IMG/VR virus record: IMGVR_UViG_3300042452_000984
Location: 18,632-82,631 of that record
Length of the DNA: 64,000 bases
Source: a virus
Direction: 5' to 3' (one strand)
The notes under the pieces: generated by a model
Databases searched by the model: none
What the model was told of the DNA's origin: nothing
What the model saw: the letters and a program-made list of their open reading frames with translations, nothing else
Shown: in pieces, positions 9,001 through 18,469 of the stretch
Layout: every line of letters begins with the position of its first letter
How positions within the stretch are numbered: position 1 is the stretch's first letter
Translations under genes and position numbers: made by a program

Positions 9001-9244
9001 GATGGTGAACTTTGTCCGGTTTTTGCAATACTGCACCCGTTTCGCCCAAGAATTGCCGTTTATGAACGACTACCAGGCGGCGGGGACGGTGAAGGCGATG
9101 AATGCCGACCTAACCAAAGCGCTGGACGAATTCGTAGAGAAGATGCCTGAGGAGCTAAAGGGAAAACCTTTGCGCCCTGCCGGTTCACCCGGCGTTGTGG
9201 GCATCGACGTTCAGTTTCCCCAACAGTACGTTATTTACTCCTAG
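6080..9244 (+). CDS. Prohead protease (HK97-type) fused to a large modular insert and a C-terminal domain
   Basis: N-terminal GVAS..RDLDGD, IRLHH, GVSVGG, LDELSITDNPAN protease motifs; then about 600 aa of repeat-punctuated insert. Confidence 0.85.
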   Translation: MVLPLEAILSKSADMVVGGVASNFFRDLDGDAICPDAIQRAIPGFMATRGPDGLKGGPIRLHHGFWERFLKQSISALNIPYDQQVGLLAAIALPLGRVTEMSVDSDGTTRWRGVLSGANPIARVVWNMLKEGMVHLGVSVGGKINGVRPGRDAIGRTCNLITDVRLDELSITDNPANRLIESETPDNGAYITALAKSVGNTMLAQKQQPYIYLNGIAYTAHPSEEHGIVLRKAGRRRAPSPGQLGLFGGHNEGDTKVEDGVTYRLNSNSRWERMDKPKASGKPSGGKKKAEKPAIVPVVEAEKRAETPAKAKAAKPKARRQKEPKPYLEDQSPSLLAAELDKIKNFLALADAGLVSITPRKRKQTEAYLKQVKDALFEITKPDDDAPSMSDNDLLQELGVAGMSDDDLMRELGVEPAAQNPEPTVGEMLEQQQAEIAESKPVISGRQFVEEFISAWNDTHGSEWNRDAAGYTKAKIWDKKDGEIRVYFGSVKQPLVFRKQDNGEYVAAVTPGKYGLDEQIAPILDDLNSRFSTKPESTKADQGSAGTQQRVLMQEDEDGVVAPAGQHERGVHIVREWYESEPSPKPTVGEMLEQQQAAIADEPMPESEAMEGAEDGAAPTWEDVPQLFESGDYEKIPQALGVDPRYGLSPSQASRFLNILGIKEAKAKKILGQGYLEQERKEYPSIQPDPDPKRYYDLDKLVDAINEAKAFKGVKALQKPKAERPKRELKEEELTLTDNDWKRLAKLKGAMPFSPNFLGDGVGAETYYWVPNHAIKDAEYLKRKLGFYIKRDFSWNRIEGANFVMREDVIDNVLGYIIKPKSEPAAQDPEPTLTKSLTPSLPMTIDNFLRKALGNPGREFGSGSWRDTGIPAMGRKVDAKSPQPKGGKKVQMDESGSAHAGKGIGGKQPKAHRPYSSGGMPPTDVFGITITQLTRNLAKACYMDKDAWGSPETVSFLTDSARAIAGMTDTPTDPMVNFVRFLQYCTRFAQELPFMNDYQAAGTVKAMNADLTKALDEFVEKMPEELKGKPLRPAGSPGVVGIDVQFPQQYVIYS
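7242..8574 (+). repeat. Direct repeats delimiting domains inside the protease insert
   Basis: 35 bp identical 7346-7380/7835-7869; 29 bp (2 mismatches) 7322-7350/8546-8574; tandem MSDxDLxxELGV 7242-7320. Confidence 0.9.
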
Positions 9245-9259
9245 CTAGGTAACTAGAAA

Positions 9260-10084
9260 ATGGACCCACAAACCCTACAAGCCTTGATGGGAGTATTCCA
9301 ACAAGGCTTACAAATTCTGCAATCTGCCCAGGCGGGTGCCGGCGCGCCCCCTACCGCTGGTGCCCCCGCCGCCAATGGTGCCCCCGCCGCCAATGGTGCG
9401 CCACCCATGGCCGCCGGTGCCCCTCCCGCCATGGACCCCGACGACGAGGACATGGAAGAGGATGACGAGGACATGGATGCCCCCGATGCCATGGATGCTG
9501 ATGATGACGAAGACGACATGGACGACAGCGGCATGGGTGGTTCCTCCCTGCACGATCGCGTCAGTCAGCTAGAAAACCACACCGGCCTTAAGAAAAGCGC
9601 CCGGGGTGGCTCCTTACTTGATGCCGTCGCTGCCCTCGAAGAAACTATCCTTGGCACCGAATACGAAGGTCCCCTAGTAGATCGCGTCAACCAATTAGAG
9701 AAAGCGGCAGGTATCAGCCAACGCGCCCAGGACCAAGCACCGGACGAAATCCCGCTAGAAAACTTGATCAAAAGCGCGATCGAATCCGGCATCCAACAAG
9801 CCATGGCAACCCGTGACCCGGAGGCCAACGAAGACCCGGACGCTATCCCCGACCTACGCCAGATGCGCAAAGCAGCCAAGGGCCAGCGTTATGGCAGTCG
9901 TAAGGGCGTCGCTGGCGCGATCGTCAGTGATGAGGACCTGGTAAAGAGTGCTGCCAGCCTTGGCTGGGACGGCGATGACCTGGACCGCCCCGTGTCCTTC
10001 GGTGATGCGCTGTTGCTGCAATACCATTCACAACAAGCGGGTGAGCCACTGCCATTTTCAGCCGATGAGGCTGACGACGATTAA
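9260..10084 (+). CDS. Capsid scaffolding protein
   Basis: Between protease and capsid; low-complexity acidic and coiled segments; 18-bp GAPAAN tandem repeat. Confidence 0.65.
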   Translation: MDPQTLQALMGVFQQGLQILQSAQAGAGAPPTAGAPAANGAPAANGAPPMAAGAPPAMDPDDEDMEEDDEDMDAPDAMDADDDEDDMDDSGMGGSSLHDRVSQLENHTGLKKSARGGSLLDAVAALEETILGTEYEGPLVDRVNQLEKAAGISQRAQDQAPDEIPLENLIKSAIESGIQQAMATRDPEANEDPDAIPDLRQMRKAAKGQRYGSRKGVAGAIVSDEDLVKSAASLGWDGDDLDRPVSFGDALLLQYHSQQAGEPLPFSADEADDD

Positions 10085-10112
10085 TTTAGCTACGACATAA
10101 GGACCCCAAACC

Positions 10113-11102
10113 ATGACAAACGCTGCGCTTACCCGTCGGGCGCTACTGAAATCGCTAGGCATTAGCGATGGCGGTGGTGCCGAGGTTACCCTCCAAACCA
10201 CGATCGCCTCCGAGGTGATCCCCCTGATCCGGCAACAATGCTTCATGCGGCAGATCGCTGACCGCAGCAAGAGCCTGATCAATATGACCAAGCCCAAGAT
10301 CCGCATCCCCAAGCTGGTACGCGCCCAAGGTGCCTACAGCGTCAAAGCGGGCCAACCGGCGCCGGAATTTAAGGCACGACTCGACAGCATCGACCTAGTG
10401 CCCGAGAAGCTGATGACCTGGCTACCCGTGGACCAGGAAGTATTCGAGGACAGCACTATTCGAGATATTGAAGGGATGCTCAAAGAGGAAATGGCACGGG
10501 AATTTGCCCAGGCGGAAGAACTTGCCTTCCTGCTAGGGGATACCACCGTCGACCATGGCCCCGGCGACCCTAAGAATGTTTTTAATGGGTTATTCGCCCA
10601 AGCTGGAGCAACGCCCTACACCTACGACGCCTCCCTTGACACCAGCGCTAACGCTGTTGAGGCCGGTACTGTCACCAGCAACCTGGTACGCGCCATGCGC
10701 TACCTAGGCATCTACGGACGCAATAAGCGCGACGTAGTGGTGATGGTGGGCCTAGCCTGGGAGGAAGCCCTCCTGCGTAACCGTAGCTTCCAAACCATGA
10801 GCAGCTACGCCTATGGCTCTGGCGCTGGTATCTTCACCGGTGAGATCGGACGCCTAGCCGGTGCCCCGGTCATTGCTACCACCTTCCTGGATGCGCAACC
10901 CGGTGAAACCTACGGAAAAGCCCTGGTAATGAACCAATCAGCCTTTGCTATTGGGGACTGGCAGCGATTTAACATCAGGGTATACAACGAGATCCTGAGC
11001 CAGACAGACCAAACTGCAATCAGGGCAAGGGAACGTTTAGCCTTTACCGTTCGCTACCCTGAAGCTATTGTTGAAATTCTCAACGTTCCGTCTCAACCGT
11101 AG
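10113..11102 (+). CDS. Major capsid protein (HK97 fold)
   Basis: 329 aa; EFAQAEELAFLLGD, NGLF, IRARERLAFTVRYPEA. Confidence 0.92.
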   Translation: MTNAALTRRALLKSLGISDGGGAEVTLQTTIASEVIPLIRQQCFMRQIADRSKSLINMTKPKIRIPKLVRAQGAYSVKAGQPAPEFKARLDSIDLVPEKLMTWLPVDQEVFEDSTIRDIEGMLKEEMAREFAQAEELAFLLGDTTVDHGPGDPKNVFNGLFAQAGATPYTYDASLDTSANAVEAGTVTSNLVRAMRYLGIYGRNKRDVVVMVGLAWEEALLRNRSFQTMSSYAYGSGAGIFTGEIGRLAGAPVIATTFLDAQPGETYGKALVMNQSAFAIGDWQRFNIRVYNEILSQTDQTAIRARERLAFTVRYPEAIVEILNVPSQP

Positions 11103-11104
11103 TC

Positions 11105-11608
11105 ATGAAACAGTTAACCCTACATAGCGATCGCTTCCCTGGGCTAGGCGCACCGGTTCCACAGGTGCCGGGCGGCAAGCCTGGGGAGAAGGGTTCATTC
11201 ACCTTTGCGGTGGATGTGCCCTACGAGGTAAGCGATGACACCGCCGCCGCGATCGCTGCCTTGCTTGAGTCCTTCGAGCCGCGCATCCAACGCCATTTCC
11301 GCCTATCGCTGGTGGACCTGAGTACGGATGCGGTAGCGATCGCCGCCCCGGTTGAGCCGGAGGCAACACCAGAACCGGTGGCAGAACCCTTTGTCCTATC
11401 TACCGATGACCTGGAGTTAATCCAGGTGGAGGTAGAAAAGTTGAAGGGACTAACGATCGCCCAATCGACGCCCATCGTTGAAAATACGGCTCTCAATGAA
11501 ACCTTGCCGGTTGAACTGCGCCGCGCCTACCTACAGGCGGTAATCGACGCGGATACAAGCAAGGGTGTTGAAAAAAAGGCACAGGAACTCCTTAGCATCC
11601 TTAGCTAA
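11105..11608 (+). CDS. Head-associated hypothetical protein
   Basis: Directly after capsid gene, coupled. Confidence 0.55.
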   Translation: MKQLTLHSDRFPGLGAPVPQVPGGKPGEKGSFTFAVDVPYEVSDDTAAAIAALLESFEPRIQRHFRLSLVDLSTDAVAIAAPVEPEATPEPVAEPFVLSTDDLELIQVEVEKLKGLTIAQSTPIVENTALNETLPVELRRAYLQAVIDADTSKGVEKKAQELLSILS

Positions 11609-12945
11609 TGCCTGTCACCTATGGCACCTCGTTCGAGTATCCCTGGTTGGATAATTGGCCCATTGACATACAGTTGTGGGCCAACTCCAACCGGGGACCG
11701 GGCGATGAACTCGACCTAACACCGGCTACTATTACCGTCCTGGGGGTAAGTGTCCCCAGGGCATTGACGGTACGCTGGCGGGATGGCAACAATGCGATCG
11801 CGGTCAGTAGCACGACGGTAATTAGCATCCGCCATGCCAAACGGGGCGTGGTGCGGGTGGTGCCAGACCAAAGCATCTGGGACAAGATCAAACTTGACCA
11901 GGGCTATACGCTGGAGGTAATCGCCTATGGCACCCTTCAGCATAGTGAACCCTTCACCACCGCTACGCCGCCCAAGGCGACTAGCTACTGTGTCAACGGT
12001 GCTCTAGTCTATGCCGCCCCTAGGGAGGTGCTAGAGGTGCTAGGAAGCGTCCCTGGCGCATCGGTTCAGATTGCCGTCCCCCTGGTGGGGCTGGACTGGG
12101 AACTAAATGCCCTAGGTTACTGGGAGGCGGAACTAGCCGACGACCAGGTGTTGTATGGGCTATGGGTGGATGACCAACACGCTGCCCAGGTGGATTACAA
12201 AGACTTGGCTACCCGCTACGAACGGAGCTGGGCCAGGGTAGGCAGCACCCTTTACTACAACGGCCCGGAGAACCTAACGACAACCTACGTGGAAACCGCC
12301 TATAGCCGCTATGTACTGCGATGCCTGGAGGAAGCGACGGCTGAAGCAGAGCGCCGCACCGGTAGACGGTTTGCCAAATGGCGATACATCCGTCAGGCGT
12401 ACAATGGCCTTAGCCGTCAGCGACAGGTCCACCTGCGCGAACGTCCTTTGGTTATTGATGAATTTTTTAGGATAGATGCCCTCAGCTATAGCCGCACCCT
12501 ATTTAGGCGCTATACCGAAAAGGACTTTAACCCGCTCAATATTCGCAGCAGCGGCGCCCAATTGCTCCACGGCGACGCCGAGACCGGTGTAGTCACCATC
12601 AACCAAAATATTTGGGACTATTGGGACTGGGGCTATGCCGTTGGCGCTGATATTGGCATTGGTACGTTTGCTACCCTACCGCCCGGTATGAACAACGTAG
12701 AACTTACCTACACCGCCGGGTGGGACAAGATCCCCACCGACATTGCTGAGGCGATCGCCAACATGGCCGCCGTCCGGCAAGCAATTTTCTGGCAACAAGC
12801 GCTCACCCAGGGGATGCAGGCGCTTTCGATTGGTTGTGTGAATTTGAACTTTGGACAACTGTTCACCCAGTTTTCACCAAGCTGGCAACTATCGGCCAAC
12901 TTGATACTAGATAGCTACGCTCGACTTGACCTAGACATTTTGTAA
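11608..12945 (+). CDS. Head-tail adaptor with extra N-terminal and inserted beta domains
   Basis: EATAEAERRTGRRF and NNVELTYTAGWDKIPTDIAEAI connector motifs. Confidence 0.75.
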   Translation: MPVTYGTSFEYPWLDNWPIDIQLWANSNRGPGDELDLTPATITVLGVSVPRALTVRWRDGNNAIAVSSTTVISIRHAKRGVVRVVPDQSIWDKIKLDQGYTLEVIAYGTLQHSEPFTTATPPKATSYCVNGALVYAAPREVLEVLGSVPGASVQIAVPLVGLDWELNALGYWEAELADDQVLYGLWVDDQHAAQVDYKDLATRYERSWARVGSTLYYNGPENLTTTYVETAYSRYVLRCLEEATAEAERRTGRRFAKWRYIRQAYNGLSRQRQVHLRERPLVIDEFFRIDALSYSRTLFRRYTEKDFNPLNIRSSGAQLLHGDAETGVVTINQNIWDYWDWGYAVGADIGIGTFATLPPGMNNVELTYTAGWDKIPTDIAEAIANMAAVRQAIFWQQALTQGMQALSIGCVNLNFGQLFTQFSPSWQLSANLILDSYARLDLDIL

Positions 12946-12955
12946 GGAAACGACC

Positions 12956-13774
12956 ATGCCTCTCAATCCCCAAACCTCCCCCTTTCCCCCCATCTCTCAG
13001 CCCGAGCAAGGCTGGGAGCATAGCCTACGCAAAAGCCTGGAATACCTACAACCCGGTGAAGGCATCCGCGCCGGGCTAGAGCTAGGCTTGCCGCTCAGTA
13101 GCGGTGCGGTAACGACCGGGCTCACCCCTACCCTTACCTCTGGCGTGATCGTCGAGGGCGACAAGATCATTGGCCCCTACGGCCCCAAGGTGACCGCTGC
13201 GGCTGCCAAAAACCTGAGCAACAAAAATATCTACTTCGGGCTCCAAGGGCTCACCTACGGCGATACCAACAACGCCGCGCCCCTAGTCAGCGATGTGCTA
13301 ATCGGTAGCCTTTCTACCGACAATGAAGCCACCGCCTCAATCCTGCACATTGGCCAGCAGTACAACTATGGCGCCTGTCGCTTTGGCGTGCGGGGTGTCG
13401 TTAACCTAGCCAAATGCGCCAAGGGTTCAGACGTTACCTTTTTCACCTGGAGCGTCCCTGCTATCGGGCTTAAGAATGTACGGCTGACCTATGCCCATGC
13501 CCGAGTCGCGATCGCGGCTACCGCTGGCAATACTACAGGCGACGACTTTCTGTTGAAGGTGAAGCAAGGCGCCGCTAGCGCTGAAACTTTGGTGACCATT
13601 GCTGCCGCTTCCTTGGTAACCGCTGGCACCGTCGTTCGAGATGTGGCTGCTAGTGCTGACGCCCTGTCCTGGTACGATGTACCTTCTCTGACCTTCCAGT
13701 ACAACCAGACCGACACCTCCACCGTGATCGCCGGTGGGGCTATCGAGGTGATGGCTATCCTGGAAATGTTCTAG
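12956..13774 (+). CDS. Virion structural protein (possible head decoration)
   Basis: Beta-rich, Thr/Ala-rich; N-terminal LRKS site. Confidence 0.55.
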   Translation: MPLNPQTSPFPPISQPEQGWEHSLRKSLEYLQPGEGIRAGLELGLPLSSGAVTTGLTPTLTSGVIVEGDKIIGPYGPKVTAAAAKNLSNKNIYFGLQGLTYGDTNNAAPLVSDVLIGSLSTDNEATASILHIGQQYNYGACRFGVRGVVNLAKCAKGSDVTFFTWSVPAIGLKNVRLTYAHARVAIAATAGNTTGDDFLLKVKQGAASAETLVTIAAASLVTAGTVVRDVAASADALSWYDVPSLTFQYNQTDTSTVIAGGAIEVMAILEMF

Positions 13775-13776
13775 TC

Positions 13777-14286
13777 ATGCAGCCTAGCCTCGGTTTTACA
13801 GAGACACCGCAAGGCATCTTCATTCGCCAGGCGATCGCCGCGATCGCGTCCAATCCAATGGTTGGCACCACTGTCTACCATTGGAAGGCGGTGGAGGCCA
13901 AGCAGGCGACCTACAACGAGGCTGGGCAGCCTGACTATTTAGCGCCTGCAAGCGGGTTGTTTGACTCCGGCATCGACTACCGGCCCAACCCAAACAACCC
14001 ACTGAAGGGCATTTTCTGCAGGCCCAAACAAACGCCATTCCAGGACAAGGGCGGCATCTACTACCAGGGCGAGGCAAGCCTTTACCTGGCGCAAGATCCG
14101 GGTGAGGTATTTGTGGTGGTCAACGATCGCCCAAAGCGTCAGGACCGATTTCAGATAGCAGGCGGCATCTATTACGCCACCGCGCCGGTGATGCCGTGCC
14201 AGATGGGTGATACCGTTGCCGCCTTTCAAGTTTTTCTATCCCGCGAACGGTTTGGAGTAAAAGAAGATGGGTTATCGCGTTATTGA
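13777..14286 (+). CDS. Head closure/stopper protein
   Basis: Position and size; RPKRQDRFQIAG motif. Confidence 0.55.
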   Translation: MQPSLGFTETPQGIFIRQAIAAIASNPMVGTTVYHWKAVEAKQATYNEAGQPDYLAPASGLFDSGIDYRPNPNNPLKGIFCRPKQTPFQDKGGIYYQGEASLYLAQDPGEVFVVVNDRPKRQDRFQIAGGIYYATAPVMPCQMGDTVAAFQVFLSRERFGVKEDGLSRY

Positions 14287-14473
14287 TACCACCGGCGAGA
14301 TTAAGCAAGGTTCCATCTACCTACCGGTAGCTAAGCTGGTAGCGATCGGGGAGCCGGTGGTGGGTGTGCAGGTAGTCGCCCTCCAGGAGGAGTTAAGCGC
14401 TATCTATGGCGATCGCTTCAAGGTAGAAGAAATCACCGCCCCCAAGCCCGCTAAGGAAGCCGCAGCTAAATAA
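14267..14473 (+). CDS. Small hypothetical protein
   Basis: 68 aa, coupled to neighbours. Confidence 0.55.
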   Translation: MGYRVIDTTGEIKQGSIYLPVAKLVAIGEPVVGVQVVALQEELSAIYGDRFKVEEITAPKPAKEAAAK

Positions 14474-15066
14474 TGGCTTACCGCTATGCCATCAACCTGA
14501 AGTCTGGCCAGTTTGGGCTGGGCCAGGTGAAGGAGCTGATCCCTGAGATCGCCAAGGTAGCGATCCAGGATGCCTCCGACCTAATTACCACCTACGGCAA
14601 AGAGCACCTAAGCGGGGTGCCCTTCAGCAGCCGTACTGGCGGCCATGTCATTCAAAAACGCACCGGACGCGGTGCCGCTAGCGTCCAGGCGGAGTATCCC
14701 TACGGTTCTCCCTTTCGCTCTCGCATCTATGCCTCTGCGATGACCCGCTACGCGGACAACCCGGAGGAATGGAACTACCTTGCCATCCTGGAGACAGGCC
14801 GGGGTGAGGTGCGCCCTAAGTACACCCCTAGCGCTAAGGCTGGCTATGCGTCCAAAGCACGACTTACGATCCCAGGCGGCAATCATCAGCTTGTCAATGG
14901 CGAGAACGGCTTTAGGGGCATTAGTGGCCGTTATTTCTTTGCCAAGACGTTACCGCCAATGGCTGGTAAGTACTGGTTCGAGTCAGCCGTCAACCGGGCG
15001 GACCCGGAAATCCAACAGGCGATCGCGGCGGCGGTTCAAGACGTTCTAAAGGAGCATGGCTTCTGA
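14473..15066 (+). CDS. Neck/tail completion protein (HK97 gp10-like)
   Basis: KRTG..AASV, YLAILETG, PPMAGKYWFESA. Confidence 0.7.
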   Translation: MAYRYAINLKSGQFGLGQVKELIPEIAKVAIQDASDLITTYGKEHLSGVPFSSRTGGHVIQKRTGRGAASVQAEYPYGSPFRSRIYASAMTRYADNPEEWNYLAILETGRGEVRPKYTPSAKAGYASKARLTIPGGNHQLVNGENGFRGISGRYFFAKTLPPMAGKYWFESAVNRADPEIQQAIAAAVQDVLKEHGF

Positions 15067-15134
15067 TGCTATGGTTTATCGCGATCGCCGCTTTCTTGAT
15101 CATTCTCCTCTTCGAGATTGCCATCAATGGATAG
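15066..15134 (+). CDS. 22-aa single-TM micropeptide (not in ORF track)
   Basis: MLWFIAIAAFLIILLFEIAING; TGATG coupling upstream, overlaps next ATG. Confidence 0.5.
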   Translation: MLWFIAIAAFLIILLFEIAING

Positions 15135-15873
15135 CAACCTAGCGGGAGGTGAAAGCGCCCTTTTCGGGGAACGGTTCCCCTACCCCTGTGATGGAAAAAC
15201 CGTCCTACTAGACATTGCCCGACAATTTGCCAAGGACGTTAATGAGGCGGCCATCAAGCGCCTTAAAACAGACCATGGGGATAGTCGCGCTAGCCAATGG
15301 CTACCATTGGATGTGACTAGCGCCTATCCGACCGCCCGTCAACACTGCCCGCGCATCGCTATCCTCCGGCTCGGCTCAACCAATAAACCCACCGGGGTGG
15401 ACTTGGACTGGCATGAAGAGCCCGTACAACTGCCCGGGCGTGGGTTGACGGTTCGTAAATTTTCAGGGCTACTGGTTAACGACCAACTAGAGGCGGCCAT
15501 CTGTTGTACTAATGAACGCCTACGCGATGACCTGCATATCTGGTTCCAGCAATATTGCCTAGACGCGACGCTGTGGGCACTTCCACAACTGAGGACACTC
15601 GGCTTTTATCAACTGAACTGTACTAATGCCGCCGATGACCAGGTGGAGTACCAAGGCACCCAGAGTCAGCCAGGGTTTGAGTTTTACGTGTCCCGCCTAA
15701 CCTTTGCTGCCACCTACGACCTATCGGTAGTGACTGATGTGGATCAGTTGCAGCACATTTTCAGTTGGGAAAATTTCACCGCCGGTGGCCAATGGTCTGG
15801 TGCAGCAGGCGAAGGGTTGAACCAACTTAACGACATCACTCCCCCGGATAGACTCTATGCCGATAACGCTTGA
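15127..15873 (+). CDS. Tail terminator-like protein
   Basis: Position before sheath; AYP....PRIAI motif. Confidence 0.55.
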   Translation: MDSNLAGGESALFGERFPYPCDGKTVLLDIARQFAKDVNEAAIKRLKTDHGDSRASQWLPLDVTSAYPTARQHCPRIAILRLGSTNKPTGVDLDWHEEPVQLPGRGLTVRKFSGLLVNDQLEAAICCTNERLRDDLHIWFQQYCLDATLWALPQLRTLGFYQLNCTNAADDQVEYQGTQSQPGFEFYVSRLTFAATYDLSVVTDVDQLQHIFSWENFTAGGQWSGAAGEGLNQLNDITPPDRLYADNA

Positions 15874-16009
15874 ATTATTCGCTAATCAATACCTGTCAGA
15901 CCATCAACGCGCCGCCGCCCTGGCAACGCTGGCAGACTACACCGAGCCGCGATCGCTAGACGAATGGCGACGGCTATGGCAACGGGCATTACTCACTCCA
16001 GTTCAATAG
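15857..16009 (+). CDS. Small protein preceding sheath (50 aa, not in ORF track)
   Basis: MPITLELF...RSLDEWRRLWQRALLTPVQ fills the gap. Confidence 0.6.
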   Translation: MPITLELFANQYLSDHQRAAALATLADYTEPRSLDEWRRLWQRALLTPVQ

Positions 16010-16018
16010 GAAACTCCC

Positions 16019-18433
16019 ATGGCTTCTAGTGTTGTTTTCGGTCGGCCCGTCAGCCGTATTTTGCAACCCGGTGCCTACACCCAGGTGGATGCCTCCGCCC
16101 TGGAGTTGGCCCAGGAATTTGCCCCCAATGTTGTTTGTGTGCTAGGTGCAGCCCTAGGTGGCACGCCCCTGACCACCTACGCATTCAAAAATGCTAACCA
16201 AGCCCAGCAGGTATTTGGTGCTGGTTCACCCTTGGCTGATGCCATCACCCTTACCTTTCGCGGTGGCGTCAAGGGCGGTGCGCCCCTAGTGCTAGGGGTA
16301 CGGGCGGACAATTCCGCCAAAGCCTCCGGCACCCTCACCAACAATGGCACCACCCTAGTGGGTGAATTTAAGGACTTTGGCGGCTACGGCAATACCTTCA
16401 GTGTTCAGTTTTTACCCGGCTCCATCCAGGGTACCCAGGCGGTGATTGCTGGCACCCAACTCAATGGGACAGCCTATAAGCAGACCATTGACAATGTCCC
16501 CTCTGTCTCCCAGTTGCTTGAGCGCTTAAATGCTGAGTCACCGGTATCGGTGCGGGCCACCGCTGGCGGCACCAAGGCAACCCAGACCCTAACGATCGCT
16601 ACTTCCACCAGTGACGGCAAGGCAACACTGACCGGCGCTAGTGAGATTACCAATGCCGCATTCTTCTACCAATACCCGGCTAGCTTGCGGGTGAATACCA
16701 CCGACTCGCTCGCCTTCTCCTGGGATGGGACTAACCTAACCCCAACGCCTGCCACCGTGACGGTATCAGCGGCCCTGCCCGCCACTGTCAACGGCACCTA
16801 CAACGTTGTCCGCAAGGAGAACGTTTACACCCAAGCGGTTACTAACATGGCGGTCACCACCACCGCCTATGGTGCTAATATCTACCGCTTTGCCCTGCCT
16901 AGTGGCCAAACCTGGCAGCATGCCACCAACAAAGGTATTATTGGCTCTACCTTTACCATCGCCTCCGGTGACTACGCCGGCACCTATCAGATTGTTCATT
17001 ACGAATGGGATGGCACCGGCTTAGACCGGGTGCGCACGGTGCAAAAGCTAGACGCTGGCACCATTGCCGCTGGCACCGCCGCTAGTGCGTCCCTAGTGTT
17101 CCGGCAAACCCTGGTGGTAGATCCGCCCTCCCAGCCTGCCACTGAAGCGATCGAGACCCAGCTACCCGCCAATGGCATCCTGCAACGGGGTGGCCAATAC
17201 CTGAGCCTGTCGCTTACCCCCAGCGATCGCGCCGAAGGCCCCCTAACGGTGTTCTACTCCACCCTGCCTGGCGATACCATCCAGGCGGTAGGCATCGAGC
17301 TAGCCCGACTAATTAACGAGTCCAATGACTGGAGCGCCTACGCTGTTGCCAGCGCCGCCTACAATGCAGGCACCTACACCAGCACCATCACCCTGACCGC
17401 CGTGCCCCCGGGCATCAGCGCCAATGGCTGGAAGACTAATATCCTGGTTAACACCCAGACGACGGTGCTGGTGGCCGCCGGTGGTGTTGCCCTGGCCGGT
17501 GGCATTGACCCATTGCCGCCCAGCGGTTCCATTATCCTTAGCGGTGGCTTCGACTCTGTTCCTACCCTGCAACGATGGCTGGAAGCCCTCGATAAGGTGA
17601 AATATACGCCCCTGCGCTACTTGGTGCCCGCTGGCGTCACCGATGCAGGCGTCCAAGCGGCCTTTGCCGACCATTGTCGATTGATGTCTACCACCGCCCA
17701 ACGGCGGGAACGCATCTGCATCCTAGGCCACGCCCTAGGCTGGACTCAATCACAAATCCGGGCCAGGGCGGAAACCTTTAACAGCGAGCGGGTAGTATTT
17801 GTCTCCCCCGGACTGCGCATGGCGGACCTGGTGACCGGCAGCCAACGTACCTACTCCTCTGCCTATGCCACTACCGCGATCGTGGCGGGGATGCTAGCGG
17901 CTGAAGGGAATGGCGTCTCTGACCCGATTACCCATACCTTCCTAACCAATATCACCGCTGCTGAATTTGAGTACCAACCCGGTAGCACCGAGCTAGATGA
18001 TGCGATCGTCTCCGGCATTCTAACCATCGAGCGGGACCCTACCCTGGTGCGGGAGTCCCGGGGCTTCCGGGTGACCCGGGCCATTACCACCGCCCGTTCC
18101 TCTGTGGTATTTGAGCAAATCTCGATCATCAACCAGAGCGACTACGTGGCTCAGACGGTACGCGACCTGGAGGAAACCCTATTTATCGGCAAGGCGCTAG
18201 ACGGCACCACCCTGGGGCTTATCCGCGAGGCGGTGAACCTGACTCTAGATCGGCTCAGCGGCCAAGCCATTATCTATGGCTACGACCCTAGCTTTACGGT
18301 GGCGACGCTCAACCAAACCAACCGCAGCGCGATCGACGTGACCTACAAGATCTACCCGGCCCCCGCGATCGACTTTATCCTGAACTCGCAAATCCTGGCG
18401 CCGGTGCCAGATACCGCCACCGTGGCCGCGTAA
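16019..18433 (+). CDS. Tail sheath protein with large inserted domains
   Basis: PGAYT N-terminus, LSGGFD, FNSERVVFVSPG, C-terminal PAPAIDFI. Confidence 0.92.
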   Translation: MASSVVFGRPVSRILQPGAYTQVDASALELAQEFAPNVVCVLGAALGGTPLTTYAFKNANQAQQVFGAGSPLADAITLTFRGGVKGGAPLVLGVRADNSAKASGTLTNNGTTLVGEFKDFGGYGNTFSVQFLPGSIQGTQAVIAGTQLNGTAYKQTIDNVPSVSQLLERLNAESPVSVRATAGGTKATQTLTIATSTSDGKATLTGASEITNAAFFYQYPASLRVNTTDSLAFSWDGTNLTPTPATVTVSAALPATVNGTYNVVRKENVYTQAVTNMAVTTTAYGANIYRFALPSGQTWQHATNKGIIGSTFTIASGDYAGTYQIVHYEWDGTGLDRVRTVQKLDAGTIAAGTAASASLVFRQTLVVDPPSQPATEAIETQLPANGILQRGGQYLSLSLTPSDRAEGPLTVFYSTLPGDTIQAVGIELARLINESNDWSAYAVASAAYNAGTYTSTITLTAVPPGISANGWKTNILVNTQTTVLVAAGGVALAGGIDPLPPSGSIILSGGFDSVPTLQRWLEALDKVKYTPLRYLVPAGVTDAGVQAAFADHCRLMSTTAQRRERICILGHALGWTQSQIRARAETFNSERVVFVSPGLRMADLVTGSQRTYSSAYATTAIVAGMLAAEGNGVSDPITHTFLTNITAAEFEYQPGSTELDDAIVSGILTIERDPTLVRESRGFRVTRAITTARSSVVFEQISIINQSDYVAQTVRDLEETLFIGKALDGTTLGLIREAVNLTLDRLSGQAIIYGYDPSFTVATLNQTNRSAIDVTYKIYPAPAIDFILNSQILAPVPDTATVAA

Positions 18434-18469
18434 GCCTAACCAACCTTATTCACCCCAGGAGGTGTTATT

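Noticed and set aside
9356-9530. Repeats in the scaffold gene
   Set aside because: In-frame low-complexity protein linker, not a DNA element.
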